This document shows, in pieces, positions 1-9,033 of a DNA stretch of 64,000 nt. Each line of letters opens with the position of its first letter. Within the stretch, counting starts at the first letter, position 1. The stretch comes from Pseudomonadota bacterium. Lineage in GTDB: Bacteria; Bdellovibrionota; UBA1018. The DNA lies in the NCBI GenBank assembly GCA_027485695.1, contig JAIXQO010000004.1, positions 110,056 through 174,055 of the forward strand, read 5' to 3'. The translations under genes were made by a program, and so were the position numbers. A model generated the notes under the pieces. The model was given only the letters and a program-made list of their open reading frames with translations. It was not told the DNA's origin and searched no databases.

Positions 1-714
1 TACTTGAACAACGGCGGCCGCGCGATCATCGCCATCGACCTACTCCTCAAGTCCAAAGGCGGCGAGACCTCACCGGAACTCGTCTCCATCCTTAAGGACT
101 GGGGCATCCAAGCGGAGTCCGCGCTGATCATTGATCCGGTTTCGCGCGCGCTGAACTTGGAGCCCACGGTGCCAATCGCACCCACGTTCTCGATGCAGCA
201 TCCGATCACAGCCGATATGTCCGGTAACGTGATCGCACCGCTCTCGCGTCCGCTCACGATCCAGAAAACCCTGCCTCCGAACGTCGCCGTCGAAGCCATT
301 GCATCCACGACTCCAAACGCTTGGGGCGAGCGCGATATGAAATCGCTAGAGTCCGGAACGGTGAAATTCGATTCGAACTCCGACATTCGAGGCCCGATGA
401 CGATCGCCGCCGCCGTTCAGGGTAAAAAAGCAGGCGCCAAAGACGAAACCCGTTTCGTCGTATTTGCGACCTCCTATTTTGCGGCGAACCAGTTCGCTCG
501 TTTTGACAAAAACACCGACTTGTTTGCGAACTCGCTCAGCTGGGTCGTGGGCGACGACAACTTGATTTCCATCCGCCCGAAAGATGCGGGCGGTGGCCTC
601 GTACAGCTCAGCCAGAAAGCAGGTATCGCGATTTTCCTGACGTCTGTCATCGTTGTGCCTCTGCTTTTGGCGATTGCCGGTATCGTGGTCTGGAGACTTC
701 GCAAACGGTTGTAA
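1..714 (+). CDS. GldG-like ABC-transporter auxiliary component, C-terminal part (5' end lies outside window)
   Basis: ORF 4..714 is open to the window start. The product resembles the C-terminus of GldG-family proteins and ends in a hydrophobic membrane anchor (IAIFLTSVIVVPLLLAIAGIVVW) followed by RLRKRL. It is followed by a DUF4340-type gene, as is usual for this family. Confidence 0.55.
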   Translation, partial: YLNNGGRAIIAIDLLLKSKGGETSPELVSILKDWGIQAESALIIDPVSRALNLEPTVPIAPTFSMQHPITADMSGNVIAPLSRPLTIQKTLPPNVAVEAIASTTPNAWGERDMKSLESGTVKFDSNSDIRGPMTIAAAVQGKKAGAKDETRFVVFATSYFAANQFARFDKNTDLFANSLSWVVGDDNLISIRPKDAGGGLVQLSQKAGIAIFLTSVIVVPLLLAIAGIVVWRLRKRL

Positions 715-822
715 AAATAAATCGCCGACGACCGGGCTCCTGCCCTGCTGAAAATCGCGCCGTAGGCGCGACCGCTTCACGCTTTTTCAGACTCGCGGAC
801 GATTTATTTCTTACAACCGTTT
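703..822 (+). repeat. Structured intergenic element, copy 1 (conserved core CCGGGCTCCTGCCCT...TCGCGCC-GTA-GGCGCGA...CGCTTCACGC inside a 22-bp outer stem)
   Basis: Outer arms 703-724 (AAACGGTTGTAAAAATAAATCG) and 800-822 (CGATTTATTTCTTACAACCGTTT) are reverse complements. The core at 732-793 is shared with copies at 62472-62578 and 53817-53931 (reverse orientation). Confidence 0.7.
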
Positions 823-853
823 GATGAATAAGGCATTTTAGCTCGCGTGTTTT

Positions 854-2392
854 TTGAGTGAATTTGGAGAGAGTATGAGTTTTCGAACGCCTTTGATCTT
901 ATCCGCCATCCTGCTCGTCTTGGGTATGACCGCGTATTGGCTCGAGTTCAAGAAACGTCCCGAGGACGAAAAACGCGAACGCGCCGCCAAGCACCTCTTG
1001 GTAATGGATGATCAATCACTCAAGTCCATTCGCCTCAAGCAGGGACCGCAAACGATTCAGATCGACTGTTTGAATGTCGCCGAGAAACTCTGCAAGCCCG
1101 GCGACCTTTCGCAGTGGGAACTCACTGAACCACTGAAAACCAAAGCTGACGATTCAAACGCCAATAGCCTGCTCTCCACGCTCAGCGGTTGGGATCCCGT
1201 CGATACGATCGATCTCTCCAAGGACTCGCCCGAGAAACGCCTCTCGCTTCTCGACGAATATGGCCTCAGCGAAAAACGCCGCGTCGGAGCTGACCGGACC
1301 ATCGACATCGAATTCGCCTCCGGCAAAAAAACCTCGCTCGTTTTCGGAATCAAGCATCCGGCGGTGGATGCCTATTTCGTGCTCAAAGGCGCCGATGGAA
1401 AACTGGATGAAACTCAAGTTTTCCTGCTCGAATCCTCCGCGCTCTCCGCAACCGACAAACCGCTCACGTATTTCCGGGATAAACGAATTTTCTCGCTCGC
1501 CCAAAACGAAGTGAAAGAATTCCGTCTGAAATCGAAATCCGGCGCATCCCCCATCGTCGGTAAACTCGAAGGATCGGACTGGAAAATCACCGAAGGCGCG
1601 AAGTCTCTACCCGCAGATACGGACGCCGTGAACGCACTGATTAGCGCAACGTTGTTCCTGAACGCCAAAGGGTTCACCTCGAACGACCAAGCTTCGGCCG
1701 ACGCACAGAAATTGATCGGCAAGCTCCCAACCGTGCTTGAGATCGAACTCGTGACCGCGAATAAGAAACAATCGCTGAAATTCCTCGAACGCACGTTCGT
1801 CGATCAAGGCAAGAAGGCGTCGGTGATCTACGCGATTTCGCCCGAAGCCTCGCCCGTATTCGAACTCGATACAAGCTCAGTCATCCGAGTCGGCAAAACT
1901 TGGAACGAACTCCGCCTAAGGAAACTCGTTCAATCCATGGATCGATTCAGCATCGACCGGTTGAAAATCGTACGCACCGGTAAAACGGCTTTTACGAAAT
2001 CGCTCGAGAGCCGCGAGGCAAAATGGCACGATCAAAAACGTGTTTTGGACGGCAATCCGATCAATCAATTCCTCGATGCGCTGAGCGGCCCTGCACTCGC
2101 AGAAAACATCTCGCCACGAGTGAATGAAACCCCCGCCGAAGCCGTTCGCATCGAGCTTGGGATTGGCGCATCCGATGTTCGCTACATTTACACGTTTTTC
2201 GAGAAGAACGGAAAATGGTGGGCACGAGATGAAAAACGCGCCGACCGCCAACTGTTTGAACTCTCCGCTGAACTTCAGAAAGCACTCCCGCTGACGGAAG
2301 CGTTTTTACAAGACCCCAAAGCCAATCCTGAGCCCGAAGCTCCCGGCATGGACTCCCCTGATCACGCCGACGGCGATGGTCATGATCACTGA
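854..2392 (+). CDS. DUF4340-like protein (GldG partner), N-terminal TM segment, acidic His-rich C-terminus
   Basis: 512-aa ORF directly downstream of the GldG-like gene. It has an N-terminal membrane helix (LILSAILLVLGMTAYWL). The domain call is from recalled family architecture, not a search. Confidence 0.45.
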   Translation: MSEFGESMSFRTPLILSAILLVLGMTAYWLEFKKRPEDEKRERAAKHLLVMDDQSLKSIRLKQGPQTIQIDCLNVAEKLCKPGDLSQWELTEPLKTKADDSNANSLLSTLSGWDPVDTIDLSKDSPEKRLSLLDEYGLSEKRRVGADRTIDIEFASGKKTSLVFGIKHPAVDAYFVLKGADGKLDETQVFLLESSALSATDKPLTYFRDKRIFSLAQNEVKEFRLKSKSGASPIVGKLEGSDWKITEGAKSLPADTDAVNALISATLFLNAKGFTSNDQASADAQKLIGKLPTVLEIELVTANKKQSLKFLERTFVDQGKKASVIYAISPEASPVFELDTSSVIRVGKTWNELRLRKLVQSMDRFSIDRLKIVRTGKTAFTKSLESREAKWHDQKRVLDGNPINQFLDALSGPALAENISPRVNETPAEAVRIELGIGASDVRYIYTFFEKNGKWWARDEKRADRQLFELSAELQKALPLTEAFLQDPKANPEPEAPGMDSPDHADGDGHDH

Positions 2393-2407
2393 TGGAAGAG
2401 GCGCACC

Positions 2408-3151
2408 TTGCAAGATCAATCCACTGAACCGCAACTCGAACTCCCGATTCACCCGACGAACGAAGCCTCGCCGTTCACTCGGTATTTTCGGCTCCTCTTC
2501 GGTTTAATGACCAAGCCGCGAGAAACCTTCGATCGCATCGTGCTACCGATTTCACTGCCGGGCGCGGTTTTCTTCGCACTGGTCACCCACTGGATGGGAG
2601 CAGCGCTCGAGTGGGTTTGGAAGTCCGCGCTGGGCAAAGCTCTCGAAGAACGCCCGACTTTCTGGATGAAAGCCGTCGAGCGCATCTTCAATGAGGCCAG
2701 CGACGAACGCTTCTATGTTTTGATCGATCTCAAAGAGAAATTCCTCAAATGGGTCTGGGGAATCGGCTCGGTCTTCATCGATCCCGTCATCACGGCCTCC
2801 AAACTCTTGATCCTCGGTTCGCTCGTTTGGATCGGCGCAAAGATTCTCCACGGAGTGCCTCCGACAGACGAAAAATACCGCGAGCGTCTGAGCTTCTCGA
2901 CCGCAGTCTGCCTGATTTGCTTGAGTCAGGCGCCGAGCATCCTTCAGGGACTTCCGCTTTTTGGGAACTTGGTGTCGCAGTTTTTCTGCTTCTTCGTACT
3001 CGTCATCGGAGTGAGCCGAATCTACCGCGTCAATATTGGGCGCGCTGTCGTTATTGCAGCGTTTCCAACGATCCTGTTCTGGCTCTCCGTTTTGGGCGCA
3101 ATCGCTTTCGTCGCATTTTTCGTTTTTCGCATCGTGACGAGCTTTCTGTAA
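2408..3151 (+). CDS. Polytopic membrane protein (Yip1-like?)
   Basis: 247-aa ORF with several hydrophobic helices. The Yip1 assignment is tentative. Confidence 0.3.
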   Translation: MQDQSTEPQLELPIHPTNEASPFTRYFRLLFGLMTKPRETFDRIVLPISLPGAVFFALVTHWMGAALEWVWKSALGKALEERPTFWMKAVERIFNEASDERFYVLIDLKEKFLKWVWGIGSVFIDPVITASKLLILGSLVWIGAKILHGVPPTDEKYRERLSFSTAVCLICLSQAPSILQGLPLFGNLVSQFFCFFVLVIGVSRIYRVNIGRAVVIAAFPTILFWLSVLGAIAFVAFFVFRIVTSFL

Positions 3152-3375
3152 AACGTGGCAAAGAGGCAGCCGGGCAACCCGGCAAAGAGTGTGGGATCGG
3201 GCACTGGGGAAAGTGGCCTAGAAACTCAGCAATTTTGCTGATTGGATCACTGTTAAGCAAATCTACGCCCCGCAACGATATTTCACGTTTCCACATGCCC
3301 CGTAACTCTTTGCCACTTCCCACACACTTTGCCTCTCTGCCTCGTTGCCCCATTGCCACGCTTTTGATATCTCCA
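3152..3375. repeat. GGCAA/TTGCC-rich intergenic element with imperfect terminal inverted repeats
   Basis: 5' end CGTGGCAAAGAGGCAGCCGGGCAACCCGGCAAAGAG and 3' end CTGCCTCGTTGCCCCATTGCCACG are imperfect reverse complements. A 16-mer AGGCAGCCGGGCAACC and a 12-mer CCCCATTGCCAC recur at 14866-14896. Confidence 0.35.
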
Positions 3376-3379
3376 CCGA

Positions 3380-4021
3380 ATGCTCCATCGTAGTCTCCCC
3401 GGATTCATTGAAGTGATCTGCGGCAGCATGTTCAGCGGCAAAACCGAAGAACTCGTGCGCCGAGTACGCCGTGCGCAGTACGGCCGCCAAAAAGTGCAAG
3501 TTTTCAAACCTGCCGTCGACAATCGCTACAGCGACGATCACGTGCAGAGCCACGACGCGAACAAGATTCTCTCCACTCCGGTTAAGACCGCTTGGGAGAT
3601 CGTTGAACGCGTGGACGACAATACACGCGTCGTCGGAATTGATGAGATTCAATTCTTCGACGACTCGATCGTCGAGGTTTGCAACAAACTCGCCTACCGC
3701 GGGATTCACGTCGTCGCGGCCGGCCTCGATATGGATTTCCAAGGTCAACCGTTCGGTCCGATTCCGAAACTGCTTGCGATTGCCGAGCACGTGACCAAGC
3801 TTCAAGCGGTTTGCGTCGTCTGTGGAATGCCGGCGACTCGCTCCCAGCGTCTGGTCGGCGGGGATGGCGTCGTTGCGGTGGGCGCGACTGAAATGTACGA
3901 AGCGCGCTGCCGTTTCCACCATGAGCCGCACGTTTTCCAAGACCAAAAACCAACGGGACTGAAATCCAAGGTGCAGTCCAAGGTTCTCGAAGCCAACGGC
4001 ATCAGCGAAGCGAGCGTCTAG
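3380..4021 (+). CDS. tdk: Thymidine kinase
   Basis: P-loop [11 protein letters not shown], a Zn-ribbon CxxC...C motif near the C-terminus, and about 200 aa length. Confidence 0.9.
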   Translation: MLHRSLPGFIEVICGSMFSGKTEELVRRVRRAQYGRQKVQVFKPAVDNRYSDDHVQSHDANKILSTPVKTAWEIVERVDDNTRVVGIDEIQFFDDSIVEVCNKLAYRGIHVVAAGLDMDFQGQPFGPIPKLLAIAEHVTKLQAVCVVCGMPATRSQRLVGGDGVVAVGATEMYEARCRFHHEPHVFQDQKPTGLKSKVQSKVLEANGISEASV

Positions 4022-4023
4022 CC

Positions 4024-4842
4024 ATGAAGCCACAGATGGACAGCCAATTCGAAGGACTGAAATTCCAGCTCTCCGAACTTCCTCACGAATACGGCAAAAA
4101 CGTCCACCTGCTGTCTGATCCTTACCTCCTTTCGCTCCTCGCTCGCCTTTGCTCGCCAGACACTCATCAGCCGGTGATCAACGAACTCGTTCAATCGATT
4201 TATACATCGCTTTTGAACACGGTCGTCGCTCATGAATTCCCCATACAAGTCTCTTCCCGCGATACTCGGATGAAGGCGCATCATCCCGAAGCCGTCTATC
4301 AAGGTCCGATCATCGACTCCAAGACCCCGGTCGTGAGCGTGAACCTCGCTCGCGCAGGGACGTTCCCGTCTCACCTTTGTTATACGGCTCTGAACTATTT
4401 CATGAACCCGGAGACGGTTCGCCAAGATCACATCAGCATCGCACGCCAGACGGATTCAGACTCACAAGTGACTGGAAGCGAAGTCACCGGACACAAGATC
4501 GGCGGACCGATCGACGGCGCGATCGTTTTGTTCCCAGATCCGATGGGCGCAACCGGCAGCACGCTCGTCAAGGCGATCGATTTATTCAAGAAGCGCGGAC
4601 AGGCGTCCAAATTTATCGCCCTCCACTGCATCGTTACGCCCGAGTATTTGGCAGCGGTAAAAAAACATCACCCCGATCTCATCGTTTACGCGGTAAGATT
4701 GGACAGAGGACTCTCGCCTGGCGACGTCCTGAAAACCAAACTCGGAAGCCGTTGGGCCGAAGAGAAAGGCTTGAATTCCCATCAATACATTGTCCCCGGT
4801 GGCGGGGGCTTTGGCGAGGTCATGAATAACGCTTATGTCTGA
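4024..4842 (+). CDS. Uracil phosphoribosyltransferase-like type I PRTase with N-terminal extension
   Basis: PRPP-binding motif VLFPDPMGATGSTLVKAIDL resembles the Upp signature. The protein is 272 aa versus about 210 for canonical Upp. The gene lies 3 nt after tdk and overlaps hpt by 8 nt. Confidence 0.55.
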   Translation: MKPQMDSQFEGLKFQLSELPHEYGKNVHLLSDPYLLSLLARLCSPDTHQPVINELVQSIYTSLLNTVVAHEFPIQVSSRDTRMKAHHPEAVYQGPIIDSKTPVVSVNLARAGTFPSHLCYTALNYFMNPETVRQDHISIARQTDSDSQVTGSEVTGHKIGGPIDGAIVLFPDPMGATGSTLVKAIDLFKKRGQASKFIALHCIVTPEYLAAVKKHHPDLIVYAVRLDRGLSPGDVLKTKLGSRWAEEKGLNSHQYIVPGGGGFGEVMNNAYV

Positions 4843-5374
4843 AACCCAACCGAACGAACCAAAAGTCTTGATTCCAGAAGTCCGCATCCAAGAGCGCATT
4901 CAAGAGCTCGGTCGCGAGATCACCAAAGAATACGCCGGCAAAGAAGTCGTCGCGATCTGCGTGCTCAAGAGCAGCTTCATTTTTTACAGCGATTTGCTCC
5001 GTCAGATCGACCTTCCAGTCAGCTGTGAATTCCTGGGCGTGTCCAGCTACGGTGACCGCCGCGTCTCCTCGGGCGAAGTCAAAGTCACGCTCGACATCAA
5101 CGAGCCGCTCGAAGGCAAACACGTCCTCATCGTCGAAGACATCGTGGATTCCGGTCTGACCCTCGCTTACCTTCAGAACAATCTTCGCGGTCGCAAACCA
5201 GCCAGCCTCAAGACCTGCGCGCTCCTGATGAAACCCGAGAGCATGAAGATGGAAGTCCTCGTCGACTACGTCGGATTCAAAATCGGTTCCGAATTCGTGA
5301 TCGGCTATGGGATGGATTACGCAGGCAAGTACCGCGGTCTACCGTTCATTGGGTATTTTGAGCCGGGGCATTGA
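4835..5374 (+). CDS. hpt: Hypoxanthine-guanine phosphoribosyltransferase
   Basis: Motifs VLIVEDIVDSGLTL and VIGYGMDYAGKYRGLPFIG, and 179 aa length. Confidence 0.9.
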   Translation: MSETQPNEPKVLIPEVRIQERIQELGREITKEYAGKEVVAICVLKSSFIFYSDLLRQIDLPVSCEFLGVSSYGDRRVSSGEVKVTLDINEPLEGKHVLIVEDIVDSGLTLAYLQNNLRGRKPASLKTCALLMKPESMKMEVLVDYVGFKIGSEFVIGYGMDYAGKYRGLPFIGYFEPGH

Positions 5375-5410
5375 TCAGAAAGCGTTCTAAAAGTTTAGAG
5401 TTTAGGCACT

Positions 5411-5442
5411 GGGCTTGCTTCGGCAGGCCCATTTGCTTTTCT
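5411..5442 (+). terminator. Rho-independent terminator after hpt
   Basis: GGGCTTGC-TTCG-GCAGGCCC hairpin followed by ATTTGCTTTTCT. Confidence 0.5.
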
Positions 5443-5521
5443 GAGAGGTCGAACATCCTTCAATTAGTCCGATCTTCAGCGGTAGTGTCCCCATCGAACT
5501 ACGCATGAACGAGCACGATAC

Positions 5522-6079
5522 TTGCCACGGCAATCGTCGATGAGACCACCTTCTGACAAACACCATCCCATTTCTCTGCAAGAAGTCGAAAATCAAATCT
5601 ATCTGATTCGCGGTCAGAAAGTGATGATCGACACTGACCTTGCGAGACTCTACGGAGTCACTACTTTTAACCTCAATAAGGCAGTGAAAAGAAACCGCTT
5701 ACGATTTCCAACAGACTTTATGTTTCAGCTGACAAATCAAGAACTTAGCGACTTGATATTCCAGAATGGAATTGCAAGATCATCCGGCCATGGGGGCCGG
5801 AGATCGCTCCCTTTCGCTTTTACCCAAGAGGGGGTGGCGATGATTTCTAGCGTGCTCAGAAGCGACGAAGCGATTCAGATGAATATCCTGATTATGCGAG
5901 CATTTGTACGCCTCAAAGAAGTCAATATGAGCCACGCTGAATTGAATCGGCGACTGGATTCGCTCGAAGAACGCTACGATCAGCAATTCAGTTCGATCTT
6001 CGAAGCGATTCGAGAGCTCATTTCGGATCGCTCAGTTCCGCGCAAGCGAGTGATCGGACTCGGGAAGAAAAACGTTTAA
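5522..6079 (+). CDS. ORF6N-domain (KilA-N/Bro-N-like) protein, stand-alone phage-derived gene
   Basis: IRGQKVMIDTDLARLYGVTTFNLNKAVKRNRLRFPTDFMFQLTNQE is the classic ORF6N N-terminal module. No integrase or other phage genes lie nearby. Confidence 0.65.
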   Translation: MPRQSSMRPPSDKHHPISLQEVENQIYLIRGQKVMIDTDLARLYGVTTFNLNKAVKRNRLRFPTDFMFQLTNQELSDLIFQNGIARSSGHGGRRSLPFAFTQEGVAMISSVLRSDEAIQMNILIMRAFVRLKEVNMSHAELNRRLDSLEERYDQQFSSIFEAIRELISDRSVPRKRVIGLGKKNV

Positions 6080-6175
6080 TACATCCTGAAAACAAGGGGG
6101 AAATAGTCGACCAAGAGTCGTATTTTTTTGACGAAGCACTTTGGCTCCTGCCACAATCTGGTGCAGGAGCTTCGT

Positions 6176-7225
6176 ATGAAACTGCGCTCGCTTGCCCCCA
6201 CTCGAATCGACCTCGCCGGCGGAACCGTCGACATCTGGCCCTTGTATCTTTTTTTGAATCGCGCAACGACGGTCAACCTTGCCATCAACTTGTTTGCCGA
6301 GACCCAACTCGAAGAAGGTAACGCTACAGGCGACATCCACCTTGAAGCCGCCGATCAAGGCGCGAAACTCTCGCTACCGTGGTCGAAACTCGACACGTTT
6401 CAGGCCCCCCCGGCACTCGACCTTCACCTCAAGTACCTAAAATATTTCGCCGCCAAGAAAAAGAACCTCACCGGCCATGCCCTCACCTTGCGCACTTCGG
6501 CCAAGAGCCCAGCCGGAGCTGGCCTCGGCGGCTCATCTACGCTCAGCGTTTCCATCGTCGGCGCTCTCCATCAATGGACTTACGGTGATCTGGAACCTGC
6601 CAAACACGGTGAATCGCTGATCGAGATCACTCGCGACGTAGAAACAACCGTCATCAAGGTTCCAGCCGGACTCCAAGACTATTACGGCGCGATGTTCGGT
6701 GGTCTCCAATCCATCGGATGGGATGTCTCCCGCCATGCCCGTAAATCGCTCTCTCTCGAACTCGCCCAAGAACTCGAGAAACGCGTGGTGCTTTTTTATT
6801 CGGGCCAATCGCGCAACTCCGGCATCAATAATTGGCAACTGTTCAAACAGTTCATCGACGGCGACACGCGGACTCGCACACTATTCGAAGGAATCGTGAA
6901 TGCCACGCACGACCTCGAGCGTGCGCTCGAATCCAAAGACTGGAAAAAAGTGGGCGACGCCATCGCTTCCGAATGGAAATCCCGCCGTGAGCTCGCGTCT
7001 GGAATCACGACGCCTGCGATCGACGCTGCATTCGCCAAGGCTCGTGAGTTCGGCTCAACTGCGGGTAAGATCTGCGGTGCGGGAGGAGGAGGTTGTTTCT
7101 TCGTCTATTTCCCGGATAACAACGACGCCGCTCAATCACAGGCCATCGCCGCGATCACGGAAGACGCCTCGATTCGCCATCTGCCTTACGAAGTGTCTCT
7201 CAGGGGTCTTGAACTCCAGGGGTAA
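6176..7225 (+). CDS. GHMP-family sugar kinase (HddA-like)
   Basis: GHMP ATP-binding motif PAGAGLGGSS, the N-terminal RIDLAGGTVDIWP motif and a C-terminal GAGGGG motif. Start moved to the internal ATG at 6176, which has a GGAG Shine-Dalgarno. Confidence 0.65.
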   Translation: MKLRSLAPTRIDLAGGTVDIWPLYLFLNRATTVNLAINLFAETQLEEGNATGDIHLEAADQGAKLSLPWSKLDTFQAPPALDLHLKYLKYFAAKKKNLTGHALTLRTSAKSPAGAGLGGSSTLSVSIVGALHQWTYGDLEPAKHGESLIEITRDVETTVIKVPAGLQDYYGAMFGGLQSIGWDVSRHARKSLSLELAQELEKRVVLFYSGQSRNSGINNWQLFKQFIDGDTRTRTLFEGIVNATHDLERALESKDWKKVGDAIASEWKSRRELASGITTPAIDAAFAKAREFGSTAGKICGAGGGGCFFVYFPDNNDAAQSQAIAAITEDASIRHLPYEVSLRGLELQG

Positions 7226-7230
7226 AAACG

Positions 7231-8082
7231 GTGACGGATGCGCGGTTATTTCCACTTCAGCCGAAACGAGTCCTGGGTCTTGAGCTCGCCGGAGCAAAAA
7301 GCCAAAAAAGCGCTATTTCCGTCCTCGAGTACTACCCAAAAGAGCGCAAAACATTCCTCCTCGACGTCTATGACCGAATCTACGACGAAGACGAGACCTC
7401 GAACGACGCAACCTTAATCGCGACCGTCGATGAGATCATCGAGGCCGATCGCAGGCAATCCGTGACGATGGCGGTGAACGTCGCAACTACGCTCCCTCCT
7501 TGTTTGCCCTGTACCCGTAAAACCTGCCTGACGGTTGAGAAATGCACCGTGCCTGCGGTCAAATGGATGCGCGAGATTTCGAATCGCGAGGGCGACGGCA
7601 AGAATTTCACTCCCTACACACAGCGGCCGATGGAACTTTGGATTCGCCACAAAATTTTCCCGAACATCCCCAAAGAAGCCCGGTTCGAGATCGACGAAGC
7701 ACTCGGCGGCAGCCGTGCCCCACTCACCGCACGGATGATTTTCCTGAAGCCGCATTTCTCGCACCTCAAGCTCATCGAAGCGCTCCCGAAACTGACCATT
7801 GCCGTACTCGCGTCTCAACTACGGATCCCAAAACGCGTGGTCCAGACCTATCGTAAACCCGAACAAGGTCATGACTCCCGAGCTCATATCTTGGATCAGA
7901 TCATTCGCACTCACAGCGTCTTTATTTACGAGCGAGATCAACGTAAACTGACGCAAAGCCTGACTGCGTTCGATTCGTTTCTTTGCGCCTTCACCGCTCT
8001 CTTGAGCGAACAAGGCGCGACGGCGACCGCTCCGCGGGGTTTTCCGAAAAACACGGGTTGGACCGAATACCCGAAATTTTGA
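7231..8082 (+). CDS. Hypothetical protein
   Basis: 283-aa ORF that begins 6 nt after the kinase stop. No confident family assignment. Confidence 0.3.
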   Translation: MTDARLFPLQPKRVLGLELAGAKSQKSAISVLEYYPKERKTFLLDVYDRIYDEDETSNDATLIATVDEIIEADRRQSVTMAVNVATTLPPCLPCTRKTCLTVEKCTVPAVKWMREISNREGDGKNFTPYTQRPMELWIRHKIFPNIPKEARFEIDEALGGSRAPLTARMIFLKPHFSHLKLIEALPKLTIAVLASQLRIPKRVVQTYRKPEQGHDSRAHILDQIIRTHSVFIYERDQRKLTQSLTAFDSFLCAFTALLSEQGATATAPRGFPKNTGWTEYPKF

Positions 8083-8100
8083 AATGAGGAAGGAGCAAGC

Positions 8101-9033
8101 GTGAACATCAAAGTGATCCTTCGCCGCGTGCTCGCCTCGATCGGTTTACTTTTTCTCCTCTCGACGCTCCTGTTTTTCCTGCTCCGGTTCGCTCCCGGCG
8201 GGCCATTCGACGGCGAGCGCGCACTTCCCGAAGAAGTGAAACTAGCGCTCGACGCCGCCTACGGCCTTGACCAACCCATCCTCACCCAATACGGCCGTTG
8301 GCTCGCCCAGAGCGCGCGCGGAAACCTGGGAGAGTCGTTTCAACACTTGGGCGTACCCGTTACTGAGATCATCGGCGAGAGCATCGGTCCATCGATCACG
8401 ATCGGTGGTTTCGCGTTCGTTCTCGCAATCGCGCTTGGAATCGTCACCGGCGTGATCGCCGCAAGCCGATGGAACCGCCCGAGCGATAAAATCTTTTTGT
8501 TCTTATCGCATACGGGAATCAGCCTGCCGAACTTCTTGCTCGCTTCGCTATTGATCCTCTTGTTCTCGCTCAAACTCGATTGGCTTCCGCCCGCACTTTG
8601 GGAGTCCAAGCTGTCTGCCGTGCTCCCCGTTTTATCGCTCGCATTCCGCCCCTGGGCACTCATTCACCGCCTGACCCGATCTGAAATGCTCGAAAACTTG
8701 CACTCTGACTACCTGAGGACCGCAAGGGCCAAAGGGCTGCCCGAATGGAAAATCTATTTCAAGCACGCGCTGAAGAACGCGCTCGTTCCTGTGCTCGCAT
8801 ATGCGGGTCCGATCTTGGCAGCACTGCTCACCGGCTCATTCGTGATCGAGCTCGTATTTCAAATTCCTGGCTTAGGAAAATATTTCGTCTCTGCGGTCAT
8901 GAACCGAGACTATCCGCTCGTGATGGGCGTAACGCTCACATTTGGCGTTTTCCTGATCGTCTGCAACCTCATCACTGATCTCGTCGCCTACCGTATGGAT
9001 CCGAGATTGAATGAAGAGGGTCGTCCGGCATGA
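8101..9033 (+). CDS. ABC transporter permease, OppB/DppB family (GTG start)
   Basis: N-terminal helix plus FAPGGPF, then a multi-TM permease core. The 4-nt overlap with the next permease indicates an operon. Confidence 0.8.
   Translation: MNIKVILRRVLASIGLLFLLSTLLFFLLRFAPGGPFDGERALPEEVKLALDAAYGLDQPILTQYGRWLAQSARGNLGESFQHLGVPVTEIIGESIGPSITIGGFAFVLAIALGIVTGVIAASRWNRPSDKIFLFLSHTGISLPNFLLASLLILLFSLKLDWLPPALWESKLSAVLPVLSLAFRPWALIHRLTRSEMLENLHSDYLRTARAKGLPEWKIYFKHALKNALVPVLAYAGPILAALLTGSFVIELVFQIPGLGKYFVSAVMNRDYPLVMGVTLTFGVFLIVCNLITDLVAYRMDPRLNEEGRPA

Noticed and set aside
703-822. MITE or integron attC interpretation of the three-copy structured element
   Set aside because: The outer inverted repeats are completely different between copies (MITEs keep conserved TIRs). 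No GTTRRRY/RYYYAAC R-box pair typical of attC was found. The covarying inner stems favour a structure-constrained element.
3263-4033. 256-aa minus-strand ORF
   Set aside because: Antisense to tdk. tdk has the P-loop and Zn-ribbon, the shadow ORF has none.
4377-4829. 150-aa Arg-rich ORF in an alternative frame of the UPRTase-like gene
   Set aside because: It overlaps a gene with a clear PRPP-binding motif. Its Arg/His-rich composition is typical of an off-frame translation of GC-rich coding sequence.
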